From Gammaproteobacteria bacterium (lineage in GTDB: Bacteria > Pseudomonadota > Gammaproteobacteria > UBA4575), in contig CBDCUI010000008.1 of the NCBI GenBank assembly GCA_965222615.1, forward strand, positions 864,001-928,000: a stretch of 64,000 nucleotides of DNA, read 5' to 3'. The notes beneath the pieces are model-generated. The model ran no database searches and was not told the DNA's origin. It worked only from the letters and a program-made list of their open reading frames with translations. The translations under genes were made by a program, and so were the position numbers. Every line of letters starts with the position of its first letter. The first letter of the stretch is position 1. Shown in pieces: positions 1 through 9,176 of the stretch.

Positions 1-98
1 GCCAAAAGCTATTCAGATTACGTAATTGAATCAATAAAAATCAGTGAGTTACTGAGTTATATGCATTGTGCCTATAAGAGACAAGGAGTGTTTACTAC

Positions 99-884
99 AT
101 GGATATAGCAACCCTGTTGGGATTATTGGGTGCTATTGCAGTAATTGCGTTAGCAATAATTCTAGGTGGGTCTGCCGGCACATTTGTGAATGTACCTTCT
201 TTGGCGGTGGTTATCGGAGGCACTTTCGCAGCAACTTTAACCCGAATTTCCTTAGCCGATTTTCTTGGTTCGTTTAAATTAGTTTTATCCACTTTTTTAC
301 ACAAAAGTGTAAGCCTTACTAAATTAATAGAAGAGGCAGTTGAACTTGCTGATGTAGCCAGAAAAGAAGGTGTACTTGCATTAGAAGGAAGAGAGATTGG
401 GCATCCTTTTTTAGAGCAAGGCATTAATCTTTGTATTGATGGATATCCAACAGAAGTTGTGCAAAAAATGCTGAGTAAGGATATTAATTTATCTATAGAG
501 CGGCATGATACTGGTCGTGAAATGTTTAAATCCATAGGCGATGCTGCACCGGCGATGGGTATGATCGGTACATTAATTGGGTTGGTGCAAATGTTATCAA
601 ACATGGATGATCCTAAAGCAATTGGTCCGGCTATGGCGGTGGCGCTTTTGACTACACTCTATGGTGCTGTTATTGCAAATGCAATCGCACTCCCTATTGC
701 AGATAAGCTTAAAAAGATTAGTCAAGAAGAACGTCTAAGCAAGAGCTTAATTCTAGAATCTGTTTCTGCAATTCAAGCTGGCACTAACCCAAGAGTAGTG
801 GAGCAGCTTCTTGCAACATATTTGCCAGACAATAAGCGTGAAAAATCTGGTAGTGATGCTGGTGAACAGCAAGAAGCTGCATAG
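99..884 (+). CDS. motA: Flagellar stator A subunit, PomA/MotA type (probably Na+-driven)
   Basis: 4-TM pattern; ARKEGVLALE and APAMGMIGTLIGLVQMLSNMDDPKAIGPAMAVALLTTLYG resemble Vibrio-type PomA. Confidence 0.93.
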   Translation: MDIATLLGLLGAIAVIALAIILGGSAGTFVNVPSLAVVIGGTFAATLTRISLADFLGSFKLVLSTFLHKSVSLTKLIEEAVELADVARKEGVLALEGREIGHPFLEQGINLCIDGYPTEVVQKMLSKDINLSIERHDTGREMFKSIGDAAPAMGMIGTLIGLVQMLSNMDDPKAIGPAMAVALLTTLYGAVIANAIALPIADKLKKISQEERLSKSLILESVSAIQAGTNPRVVEQLLATYLPDNKREKSGSDAGEQQEAA

Positions 885-897
885 ATAACTAGTAATT

Positions 898-1797
898 ATG
901 TCTGAGGAGGAAGCAACCCAAGCAGAAGAATCCTCAGGTGCGCCGATGTGGATGGCTACTTTTGCTGATTTAGCAATTTTGCTTATGTGTTTTTTTGTAT
1001 TGTTATTATCTTTTTCAGAAATGGATGCTGCAAAATTCAAAGAGCTTGCAGGATCATTGCAAAGAGCATTTGGAGTCCAGCGAGATGTACCTGCAAATGA
1101 ATTACCGAAAGGTACAAGTGTGGTAACCGCAGAATTTAGTCCGGGAAAGCCTGATAATGAAACCTTGTTGAAAATCATGCGTCAACAGACCACAGATGAA
1201 AGTAAAGACAATTTGGATTTCACTAGTGGTAAGGGTGGAGTTGATAAGCAGCAAGTTGCCGAAGAGATTTACCAAGCTGCGGTAAAGCGGATGAAAGATG
1301 AAGCGAGCAGGTTAACGGCAGCATTACAGGACGAAATTGATGCAGGTGTGGTAGAAGTAGATTGGACTTCTAGAGAAATTGTAATTCGCATTAGAGAGCG
1401 AGGGACATTTTCATCTGGAGATGACAAGATAAATAAAAATTTTGCTGTACTTTTGAGAAAGATCGGAAATGCTTTAAAGGCGGTTGAGGGAAATATAATC
1501 GTATCGGGCCATACAGATAATATACCTATTAGTACTGAGCGTTTTCCTTCAAATTGGGAACTTTCTGCCGCTCGTGCTGCTGCAGTAGTGCATCATTTAG
1601 TGTCTGAAGAGGATATTAATTCTGACAGACTTCAAATAAGGGCCCATGCAGATACGCGACCAATTTTCACAAATTATACTGAAGAAAGTAGAGAAAAAAA
1701 TAGACGTGTTGAAATTTCGATTTTAGGTGACAAGCGTTTGTTTTATGAGTATGAGGATGTTTCTTCTGTTGTTAATAATATAGACAGAGATAGATAA
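898..1797 (+). CDS. motB: Flagellar stator B subunit, PomB/MotB type
   Basis: WMATFADLAILLMCFFVLLLSFS ion-binding Asp helix; OmpA-like GHTDN...NWELSAARA...NRRVEI. Confidence 0.93.
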   Translation: MSEEEATQAEESSGAPMWMATFADLAILLMCFFVLLLSFSEMDAAKFKELAGSLQRAFGVQRDVPANELPKGTSVVTAEFSPGKPDNETLLKIMRQQTTDESKDNLDFTSGKGGVDKQQVAEEIYQAAVKRMKDEASRLTAALQDEIDAGVVEVDWTSREIVIRIRERGTFSSGDDKINKNFAVLLRKIGNALKAVEGNIIVSGHTDNIPISTERFPSNWELSAARAAAVVHHLVSEEDINSDRLQIRAHADTRPIFTNYTEESREKNRRVEISILGDKRLFYEYEDVSSVVNNIDRDR

Positions 1798-1802
1798 TTC
1801 TT

Positions 1803-2420
1803 GTGGATAAAAATAAGTTAAAAGATATTGAAAGTATGCAAAGCAATGAGAGCCGTGCTGCCTTTAGAATTGACGACAATGTACTTTTGTCTATCAGGAT
1901 AATACCTGATGATCAACTAGAAGAGGCATTAAAAAGATTTCCTGAAAAGTTAGCGGAATTACAGGCATTGAATAGTTTTAGTGATTCGACGCAAGTACTA
2001 ACTGACCAATTTGCATTACTACGTAGACGCTATCCAGAAGTAGCGAAATACTTAAAAATTCTTGACGATAAAATAAATACATTAGCAAGAAGACAGTTTT
2101 CTACTTGTTCTATGATTCCAGATCTTAGCTGGTATGAGGTTAATATCAGTGCAAATGGAATTCGATTTAATCATGGCAAGAAATTAAAAGTGGGGCAATA
2201 TTTAGAATTGCGTCTACAATTTTCACAAGTGTCTAATTACATATTGGCATATGGAAAAATCGTAAGATGTGAACAAGTGACAGATAAAACTGATGAATAC
2301 TCTATCGCAGTAGAATTCACGCATATAAATATAGAAGATCGTGAATCAATTCATATTCACGTTCGTGGTAAAGAGATCAAGCTGATTCGCGAAAAAGCTC
2401 TTCTACAAGAGCTAAGTTAA
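1803..2420 (+). CDS. PilZ-domain c-di-GMP effector
   Basis: RxxxR (RAAFR) and N/DxSxxG (NISANG) motifs; GTG start 5 bp after motB. Confidence 0.85.
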   Translation: MDKNKLKDIESMQSNESRAAFRIDDNVLLSIRIIPDDQLEEALKRFPEKLAELQALNSFSDSTQVLTDQFALLRRRYPEVAKYLKILDDKINTLARRQFSTCSMIPDLSWYEVNISANGIRFNHGKKLKVGQYLELRLQFSQVSNYILAYGKIVRCEQVTDKTDEYSIAVEFTHINIEDRESIHIHVRGKEIKLIREKALLQELS

Positions 2421-2464
2421 AAAAGTTTGAAAAAGATAATCCATGTAGCTTGATTAACTTAGAT

Positions 2465-2491
2465 TAAAGATATAGCCGCTTAAGTCGATAT
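2465..2491 (+). promoter_or_regulatory. Sigma28 (FliA) promoter
   Basis: TAAA(G)-N15-GTCGATAT, ending 32 bp before ATG 2524. Confidence 0.65.
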
Positions 2492-2523
2492 GAATAATAT
2501 CATCATGTATATAGCAGTCTGAT

Positions 2524-4164
2524 ATGCAAGACGTTGTCCAGTTAGTCAAAAATTGGATTGTTCTTGGGCTTGAGCTATCCCAAGCTCTTTTTTCTGTGTT
2601 TTTCCTAGTTGCGCTGATAGTTTTACCTGCTATGTATTTGGCAGATATTGCCCAATCGCGACATGCTGTGCGTAGAAATTTTCCTGTTTTAGGGCGTTTT
2701 CGATATTTTTTTGAGCATATGGGAGAATTTTTCAGGCAATATTTTTTTTCTATGGACCGAGAAGAATTGCCGTTTAATCGTGCGCAAAGATCCTGGGTTT
2801 ATCGCGCAGCTAAAGATATCAGTAATACTATTGCTTTTGGCTCCTCGCGAGACTTAAAAAAAGTTGGCACAGTTTTATTTGCAAATTGTCCTTATCCTAC
2901 TTTGGGTGAAGATGCCACACCTATGTCTGAACAAATAGTCGGGCCGCAGTGTAAATATCCTTTCCGAACTAAATCAATTTTTAATATTTCTGCGATGAGC
3001 TATGGCGCACTTTCGAAGCCGGCAATCATTGCGTTATCAGAGGGGGCACGAGCTTCTGGATGTTGGTTAAATACAGGTGAAGGAGGTTTGTCTAAATATC
3101 ATCTACAAAGTGGTTGTGACATTGTATTTCAAATTGGTACCGCTAAATATGGGGTTAGAGACCCATTTAATAATAAATTAAGCGAATCAAAATTAATTGA
3201 GATTGCGGCTTGTCCTCAAGTTCGAATGTTCGAAATCAAATTGAGTCAAGGTGGCAAACCAGGTAAAGGGGGAATACTTCCTAGTGCTAAAGTAACTGAA
3301 GAGATTGCTGAAATCCGTGGAATAGCAGTAGGGCAAGATTCCATTAGTCCAAATCGGCATCCTGATATCACTTGCGATGCAGATCTGCTGGAAATGATAA
3401 GGTATATACGAAAAGTAACCGGTAAACCAGTTGGATTTAAAACAGTCATAGGTTCAGAAATATGGTTAGACCATTTGTTTGGTTTGATAAATCAACGTGG
3501 TAAAAACTTTGCACCTGATTTTATTACTGTTGATAGTGCAGATGGTGGAACGGGAGCAGCACCGATGCCACTGTTGGATGATATGGGATTGCCCTTAAAC
3601 GAAAGTTTGCCGATCGTAGTAAATAAGTTGCAGGAGCATCAATTACATGATCAAGTGAAGGTAATTGCATCCGGTAAATTAATTACACCAGTGGATGCAG
3701 CATGGGCACTATGCTTAGGCGCTAACTTTATTGCATCGGCTCGCGGATTTATGTTTGCACTTGGTTGTATTCAAGCACTGCAATGTAATAAAGACACCTG
3801 TCCTACCGGTATTACAACCCATAATAAAAGATTACAACGAGGATTAAATCCTCAGCTGAAGTCAGTAAGAGTGGCAAATTATGTAAATAATATTGTGCAT
3901 GAAATTGGCATGATCGCTCATTCATGTGGTGTAAATCACCCCCTTGAATTGGATAGGCATCATGCGCGTGTGGTACAAGAAAATGGTTTGTCTGTACCAC
4001 TAGATGAGCTGTATCCAGCCCCACAAATTAGAAATTTTAAAGAGCGTAGAAATTGGGAAACTCGACCATGGTCAAAAAAAGCAACTGCAAAGAGTGACCT
4101 TGAGGAAACTAAAGTAAATATATCGTTAAACGAATTAAGCCGAAAAAAAAGTACTAGCTGCTAA
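2524..4164 (+). CDS. FMN-binding glutamate synthase family protein (N-terminal TM, Fe-S Cys motif) with C-terminal extension
   Basis: NISAMSYGALS, NTGEGG, EIKLSQGGKPGKGG, DGGTGAAP, GCIQALQCNKDTCPTGITT. Confidence 0.88.
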   Translation: MQDVVQLVKNWIVLGLELSQALFSVFFLVALIVLPAMYLADIAQSRHAVRRNFPVLGRFRYFFEHMGEFFRQYFFSMDREELPFNRAQRSWVYRAAKDISNTIAFGSSRDLKKVGTVLFANCPYPTLGEDATPMSEQIVGPQCKYPFRTKSIFNISAMSYGALSKPAIIALSEGARASGCWLNTGEGGLSKYHLQSGCDIVFQIGTAKYGVRDPFNNKLSESKLIEIAACPQVRMFEIKLSQGGKPGKGGILPSAKVTEEIAEIRGIAVGQDSISPNRHPDITCDADLLEMIRYIRKVTGKPVGFKTVIGSEIWLDHLFGLINQRGKNFAPDFITVDSADGGTGAAPMPLLDDMGLPLNESLPIVVNKLQEHQLHDQVKVIASGKLITPVDAAWALCLGANFIASARGFMFALGCIQALQCNKDTCPTGITTHNKRLQRGLNPQLKSVRVANYVNNIVHEIGMIAHSCGVNHPLELDRHHARVVQENGLSVPLDELYPAPQIRNFKERRNWETRPWSKKATAKSDLEETKVNISLNELSRKKSTSC

Positions 4165-4189
4165 GTAGGAAAATTTTTTAAAAATTACT

Positions 4190-5557
4190 ATGGATAAAAT
4201 TCTGAGTCGTATACCAATACCTGCTTCTTTACTAAAATTATTTGTTCCTGAAGCAGCTGTTGATCATGTGAGCTACGAAAAAGAGGAGAGCGGTCAATTT
4301 AATCAAGACTTGGATGCTAGATATATATTATCTGAGACATTATTCGCAATTGTTACCAATACACAAAAACTGTTTGAAGAAGATTATAAGTTTGTTGATC
4401 TTAAAAAATTAGCAAAAGAAGTTGAAAATATATCTGATGCAAATGACATTTTAATAAAACTTTCTAATTTAATCGAAAGTTTAAGTAATGATTATGACAA
4501 GAGACAATTAAGTGCAATATACGAAATTCCAGGAAAAATAATAGAAAATTATGAATTTCCAGAAGCGTATATCAAGCAAAGTGATCTTTTAAAAAAAGAA
4601 TGTAAAAATATTAATGATAGTAGTGAGTATAAATCATCAATTTACAATGTTTTTAATTTAATTGATAGTGTTTGTAAAGACTCCATTGTTCAAAAGAAAG
4701 AACTAGAAAAGTTCTTGGTAAACATTGGTATTCAAATCAGTCGAATTGGTGAAGAGTTAAATAATTTTGTCAGTGAGCAGTCTACAGACGTCAAACTACA
4801 TAATGATCTAAATACACAAATGCATAATGCTGTAAGTAGTTTAAGCGAAAGCTTACTTAAATCTGATGATTTAAATACTTTGAAAGATACTGTAAAAGCG
4901 CAGTTGGATACATTACAAAATATTGTTGCAGAAGAGCGAAAAGTAGTAAAAAAACATGAGTTAAGTATTAAGGAAAACATGAATAACTTGGCAAACAAAG
5001 TAAATGAGCTTAAGCAAGAAACCCAAGAGTTAAAAGTAAAGGTTAAAATAGAAAAAGAAAATGCATTAAAAGACCCATTAACAGGGTTATTTAACAGAGA
5101 AGCCTATGATAATAAAATTAAAACTTTCATATCAGAGGCTAAAGATAATAAGACTGCACTATCTTTATTGGTATGGGATATAGATCATTTCAAAAAGTTC
5201 AATGATACTTATGGCCACGTAATTGGCGACAAGGTACTTAAAGCAGTAACTAAAAAACTGTCGCACGCGCCTAAGGATAATTATTTTCTGGCAAGATATG
5301 GCGGTGAAGAGTTCGTTATGTTATTGCCAGACGTGGGGGCAGATGAAGCTTTACGATATGCTAATGACTTACGAGATGAAGTTTCTCGAATTACATATTT
5401 ATATAAAGGTAAACCACTAAAAGTAACCATTTCGTGTGGTATTTCAGTCACACAAGGTGGGAGTAATGCAAAAAACCTATTCGTACGAGCTGATAAGGCA
5501 TTATATGATGCTAAAATGAGTGGACGTAATTGCGTAAAATTGGAAGCTAATATTTAG
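4190..5557 (+). CDS. Diguanylate cyclase (coiled-coil + GGDEF), no RxxD I-site
   Basis: DPLTGLFNR, DIDHFKKFNDTYGH, RYGGEEF; KDNY at the I-site position. Confidence 0.9.
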   Translation: MDKILSRIPIPASLLKLFVPEAAVDHVSYEKEESGQFNQDLDARYILSETLFAIVTNTQKLFEEDYKFVDLKKLAKEVENISDANDILIKLSNLIESLSNDYDKRQLSAIYEIPGKIIENYEFPEAYIKQSDLLKKECKNINDSSEYKSSIYNVFNLIDSVCKDSIVQKKELEKFLVNIGIQISRIGEELNNFVSEQSTDVKLHNDLNTQMHNAVSSLSESLLKSDDLNTLKDTVKAQLDTLQNIVAEERKVVKKHELSIKENMNNLANKVNELKQETQELKVKVKIEKENALKDPLTGLFNREAYDNKIKTFISEAKDNKTALSLLVWDIDHFKKFNDTYGHVIGDKVLKAVTKKLSHAPKDNYFLARYGGEEFVMLLPDVGADEALRYANDLRDEVSRITYLYKGKPLKVTISCGISVTQGGSNAKNLFVRADKALYDAKMSGRNCVKLEANI

Positions 5558-5558
5558 T

Positions 5559-6485
5559 TCAACGTAAAAACTTACCGTCTGCAATTTTTACTTGATTTCT
5601 ACCTGATTTTTTTGCAAGTTTTAGGGCTTTATGTGCTCTTTCATAAATAGAGTCTACAGTGTCGTTATCACGAAGAGCTGCTAAACCTATACTTATTGTT
5701 ACATAGATAGATTTACCTTCTGTCCCTTCTATTGAATTCTCTGATACTGCAATTCTTGCACGTTCAGCAATTTGGTGGGCTTCAAAGAGCTCTATACTGC
5801 CAAGTATTAAAGAAAATTGATCATTACCAAACCGATATAATATATCGGTGTCACGTAAACACTCTTGTGTCATCTCATATACATGCTTGATTATAACGTC
5901 ACTTAATAAAGTACCATGAGTCTCTTTAAGTTTAGTAAAGCGATCAATATCGATGAGAATTAAGCATAATGATTGTTTTTGTCGAATTGCTAATTTGGCT
6001 TCTCTGGTTAATTGATTTTCCATATGTCCCCAATTAGGCAATCCTAAATGTGAATCATTGGCGGCTTGAGCAACTGCGCTTTCATGTCTCACAGCATTGC
6101 GTAATGGGAAAACTACAGCCGATATATATACGTCGAATCTAGTTTTTTCTACCTGGGTAAATTCCACATCCCTATAAGCTATTATTTTTCCCCAGGAATG
6201 ATCTTCTACTTCAAGTATGTAACCATAGGAGTTAGTAGCTTTATTGCCTAAATGAATATGAGTTCCCAACAACGGAAATTCATATTCAACACAGTGTATA
6301 TTTAGATCATCTTGAATCGTTTCAAAAAACGTTTCAAAGATTTCTTTGATGTTTAATGTGGTCTGTAACTTTAATACTAGCGCCGTTATAATCCGATCGA
6401 TAGGCTTATTAGTGCTTATTGCAGTTGCAATTTCAAGCGCATGATTAGAGCTAGTGGCGAACTTCTCAACACTAGAACTATTCAT
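5559..6485 (-). CDS. GAF-like + degenerate GGDEF protein (GNDQF) with intact RxxD I-site
   Basis: DIDRF, RDTDILYRFGNDQF, AKKSGRNQV; start moved to ATG 6485 behind GAGGAG/AAGGA SD (track start 6548). Confidence 0.82.
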   Translation of the reverse strand: MNSSSVEKFATSSNHALEIATAISTNKPIDRIITALVLKLQTTLNIKEIFETFFETIQDDLNIHCVEYEFPLLGTHIHLGNKATNSYGYILEVEDHSWGKIIAYRDVEFTQVEKTRFDVYISAVVFPLRNAVRHESAVAQAANDSHLGLPNWGHMENQLTREAKLAIRQKQSLCLILIDIDRFTKLKETHGTLLSDVIIKHVYEMTQECLRDTDILYRFGNDQFSLILGSIELFEAHQIAERARIAVSENSIEGTEGKSIYVTISIGLAALRDNDTVDSIYERAHKALKLAKKSGRNQVKIADGKFLR

Positions 6486-6568
6486 TTCCTTATGCTCCTC
6501 TACTGTATTTTCCTTCCCTAGAAAGCAGTTACAAGAGCATACATCCATGTTTCATCTTGTAAATCTGC
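6483..6568 (-). promoter_or_regulatory. Putative CsrA/RsmA-binding 5' leader
   Basis: Minus strand: TTACAAGA...ACATGGATGT...TCTTGTAA hairpin with GGA loop, plus 4 more GGA, one in CAT-AAGGAA-ATG over SD/start. Confidence 0.5.
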
Positions 6569-6880
6569 AGAATTAATTATGCTTATGTATACCTATAACT
6601 ATTGTTAAGTAGTTCAAAGATGTATGGTGAGTCAGAACACATTAATCACTTGATGGTTATTTTTGTTAACCAGGTTTTAGTATTTGACTGTTACAAATAG
6701 ATCTGAACGGGGAGATGTGATCCATCTCACATAAAAAGGCCTATTTTAAAGTGGGATTTATCTAATCCGTTATTTCAAATTTATAACGATATTTGGAGGA
6801 CAACTAATAACAATTATCAGTTTATCAATACATAATTTGAATTAATGCTAAAGCTAGTTTAACTAAGAGTAGTTATGGCT

Positions 6881-7399
6881 TTAAGCTGATGCCAATTGTC
6901 TGGATGCAGTAGATTGATACGAATGACCTTTATCATCATAGGTCTTGCTTTGTGTGACTCCAGCTAATGAATAAAGAGTGTCAATAGCATTGCTAGTATA
7001 TTTGAGACGATTTGCCAAGAGTATACTATTTTCTTCAGATAAACTGTGACAGTGGCTTATTAGCTCTCTAATTTTATTCCACTCTTTAATATTATTTTTG
7101 ACACAGATTTCGTTTATCGATTGTAACGAGTGCTCTAATTTGTTCTTAGAAATATCAGATGTATTGTCGAAGTATTCAGAAATATAGCTAGATAATTCTT
7201 GCATACAATTTAACTTCGCTTGCGTAGCTTCGCTTATTTGGTCTGCATTTCCTTTTATTAATAGTTCTTGTTCATGTTTAAGTTGTTCTACTAAAATTTG
7301 CAGCCGTTCGCTAATATGAGAAATAAAACCTTTAATTGGCAAGATATCAAAAGGGTCAGCTTGAGAAAGCTTGTTTGTAGATTGGGGATTTCGCAGCAT
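6881..7399 (-). CDS. flgN: Flagellar export chaperone FlgN
   Basis: Helical protein after flgM; EQELLIKG, NSILL, TYDDKG tail. Confidence 0.75.
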   Translation of the reverse strand: MLRNPQSTNKLSQADPFDILPIKGFISHISERLQILVEQLKHEQELLIKGNADQISEATQAKLNCMQELSSYISEYFDNTSDISKNKLEHSLQSINEICVKNNIKEWNKIRELISHCHSLSEENSILLANRLKYTSNAIDTLYSLAGVTQSKTYDDKGHSYQSTASRQLASA

Positions 7400-7402
7400 A
7401 TG

Positions 7403-7705
7403 TTATTTTAAAAGTTTTTCAAACTCTATCAATTTAGCTGCAATATTCTCCGAATTGATTTTGTAAGTTCCATCTTGTAGTGCTTGTTTGATAGCGTCTA
7501 CTTTTTGTCGATCGACAACAGGTTGAGAGGCAAGACTCTCCCTTATCTTTTCAAGTGTTTGTGCAGACGAAATGTCTACTTGGGCAGTACCGGCATTAGC
7601 AGTAGGTACAGCTTTAGACGATTCGTTTCCTTTCCCGCTTTTATTAGTGCTTTGAATATTGGCACCATTTAATGGGCCATTAACACTGTTAATTTTGTCA
7701 GTCAT
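7403..7705 (-). CDS. flgM: Anti-sigma28 factor FlgM
   Basis: VDRQKVDAIKQALQDGTYKINSENIAAKLI; ATG 7705 preferred to track start 7726. Confidence 0.9.
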   Translation of the reverse strand: MTDKINSVNGPLNGANIQSTNKSGKGNESSKAVPTANAGTAQVDISSAQTLEKIRESLASQPVVDRQKVDAIKQALQDGTYKINSENIAAKLIEFEKLLK

Positions 7706-7734
7706 AGTAGTTTTACCAGTCTTCACTAAAGGGG

Positions 7735-7761
7735 TTAACGGCAGTTTTTACTGCTACTTTA
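7735..7761 (-). promoter_or_regulatory. Sigma28 promoter of flgMN
   Basis: Minus strand TAAA(G)-N15-GCCGTTAA. Confidence 0.75.
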
Positions 7762-7792
7762 GTAGTTTACCCACTTTTTTAATGGAATTGTG

Positions 7793-8488
7793 TCATAGAT
7801 TTAACAAAACCCTATGTTTATCTGAGACATAGGCCTCAATTTCACGTTTAGAGCTCATATTTCTGACCCGAATTCTGTCTCCTTTGGCACCATTAGCTAA
7901 CGCTACGCCATTGGCTTGGACCACGATATTGGCCTGTTTTGAAATAATGATAACGCGGTCTCCACGATTAATAAGCTTTTTGGATTGCAGCATTGTGTCT
8001 GTAAGCACTTGATAAATATGGATGTTTTGCTTTAATTGCTGCCCTAATATTGGGGTACTCGCTGGTAGATATCCCCGGGAAAGCTTGGTGACATCACGCT
8101 TTTCCTTACGCACATTCGATGTTGCAATAATTTGGCCACGACTTAAAGCAGAACTCGCCACCCACACATACTTATATATATGTATGTACACGCCGAGATA
8201 AATTTTCCAGGGTTTATCCCCTCTACAGCGAATGCCAACTGTTGTGCTACCAAATTTCTTGTTTTCCAAAGGCCAGAAGGCTTCAAGTGGGGAGGAGCAC
8301 TTATGTAAGCGTAAGCGTTTATCCAAAGGTCGAAGTGTAATTTCTGAATCTTGCACATCTTTCGTTTCTTTTAAAAGAAAATTAAGTGCAGTTGTTTGTA
8401 AGCTTTTGTGACTTTCTACAGATGCATAAATATGTTCAGAACTGCTTAATAGTAAGCATGCAAGAATAAATGCGTATTTTTTAAACAT
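7793..8488 (-). CDS. flgA: P-ring formation chaperone FlgA
   Basis: Signal peptide; LDKRLRLHKC, VGIRC...W, GVALANGAKGDRIRVRNMSSKR. Confidence 0.9.
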   Translation of the reverse strand: MFKKYAFILACLLLSSSEHIYASVESHKSLQTTALNFLLKETKDVQDSEITLRPLDKRLRLHKCSSPLEAFWPLENKKFGSTTVGIRCRGDKPWKIYLGVYIHIYKYVWVASSALSRGQIIATSNVRKEKRDVTKLSRGYLPASTPILGQQLKQNIHIYQVLTDTMLQSKKLINRGDRVIIISKQANIVVQANGVALANGAKGDRIRVRNMSSKREIEAYVSDKHRVLLNL

Positions 8489-8554
8489 GAAGTTATTAAC
8501 AGCTAATTGCTAATTTTATGAAAATTTCTGTGTGTATTGTAATTATTATGAGTG

Positions 8555-8570
8555 TGCAAATTGTATGCCG
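8555..8570 (-). promoter_or_regulatory. Sigma54 promoter of flgA
   Basis: Minus strand CGGCATACAATTTGCA (GG-N10-GC). Confidence 0.65.
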
Positions 8571-8629
8571 AATTTTCAATACGATATTTACATGAAAATA
8601 TAGGAATAGGGAGGACTAGAGAGAAATAT

Positions 8630-8655
8630 TTGCCGGTATGCGGCAAATCTTGCCG
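8630..8655. promoter_or_regulatory. Putative FleR/FlrC enhancer (CGGCAA repeats)
   Basis: TTGCCG-gtatg-CGGCAA-atc-TTGCCG between the divergent sigma54 promoters. Confidence 0.55.
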
Positions 8656-8718
8656 CCAAACTTATAAAGAACCAGTGTAATTGTTTAAGTTTATATAAAA
8701 CATCATGGCTTTATTGGT

Positions 8719-8734
8719 TGGCATAGCGTTTGCT
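8719..8734 (+). promoter_or_regulatory. Sigma54 promoter of flgB operon
   Basis: TGGCATAGCGTTTGCT (GG-N10-GC). Confidence 0.8.
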
Positions 8735-8769
8735 TAGTAATCCAATAAGAAAAAAATAATGGATTAAGT

Positions 8770-9174
8770 ATGAACACACTTGACAATTACTTTGGACTCA
8801 ATGCGCAGTCTATGCTGCTACGTTCAAAACGTGCAGAAATATTAGCATCAAATATTATTAATGCCGATACCCCGAACTATAAGTCAAAAGATATAGATTT
8901 TAGAGAGGTGTTGAATGCAAACTTTGATAAAGTTTTATTGAAACCAGTCTCTTTCAATACAACTCATAAATCACATATTGCTATGGAGAATGGCAATGAT
9001 TTTTATTTGCAGACAAAGTATAGAGTTCCTGAACATGCATCTTTAGATGGAAATACTGTGGACTCCCATGTAGAAAAAAGTAAGTTTGCAGAAAATTCTG
9101 TTCGTTATCAGATAAGTTTATCTATGCTTAATAACAAAATCCAAGGTTTAATAAGCACGTTGCGTGGAGAATAA
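8770..9174 (+). CDS. flgB: Basal-body rod protein FlgB
   Basis: RAEILASNIINADTPNYKSKDIDF; SLDGNTVD. Confidence 0.95.
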   Translation: MNTLDNYFGLNAQSMLLRSKRAEILASNIINADTPNYKSKDIDFREVLNANFDKVLLKPVSFNTTHKSHIAMENGNDFYLQTKYRVPEHASLDGNTVDSHVEKSKFAENSVRYQISLSMLNNKIQGLISTLRGE

Positions 9175-9176
9175 GG

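Noticed and set aside
39-77. Possible sigma28 -10 (GCCTATAA) and IHF-like AATCAGTGAGTTA before motA; similar IHF-like site at 45944-45956
   Set aside because: No -35 at the right spacing; IHF-like matches are common in AT-rich DNA
6700-6750. Short inverted repeats downstream of flgN as a terminator or ncRNA
   Set aside because: Short stems, and the T-run is on the wrong side for minus-strand termination
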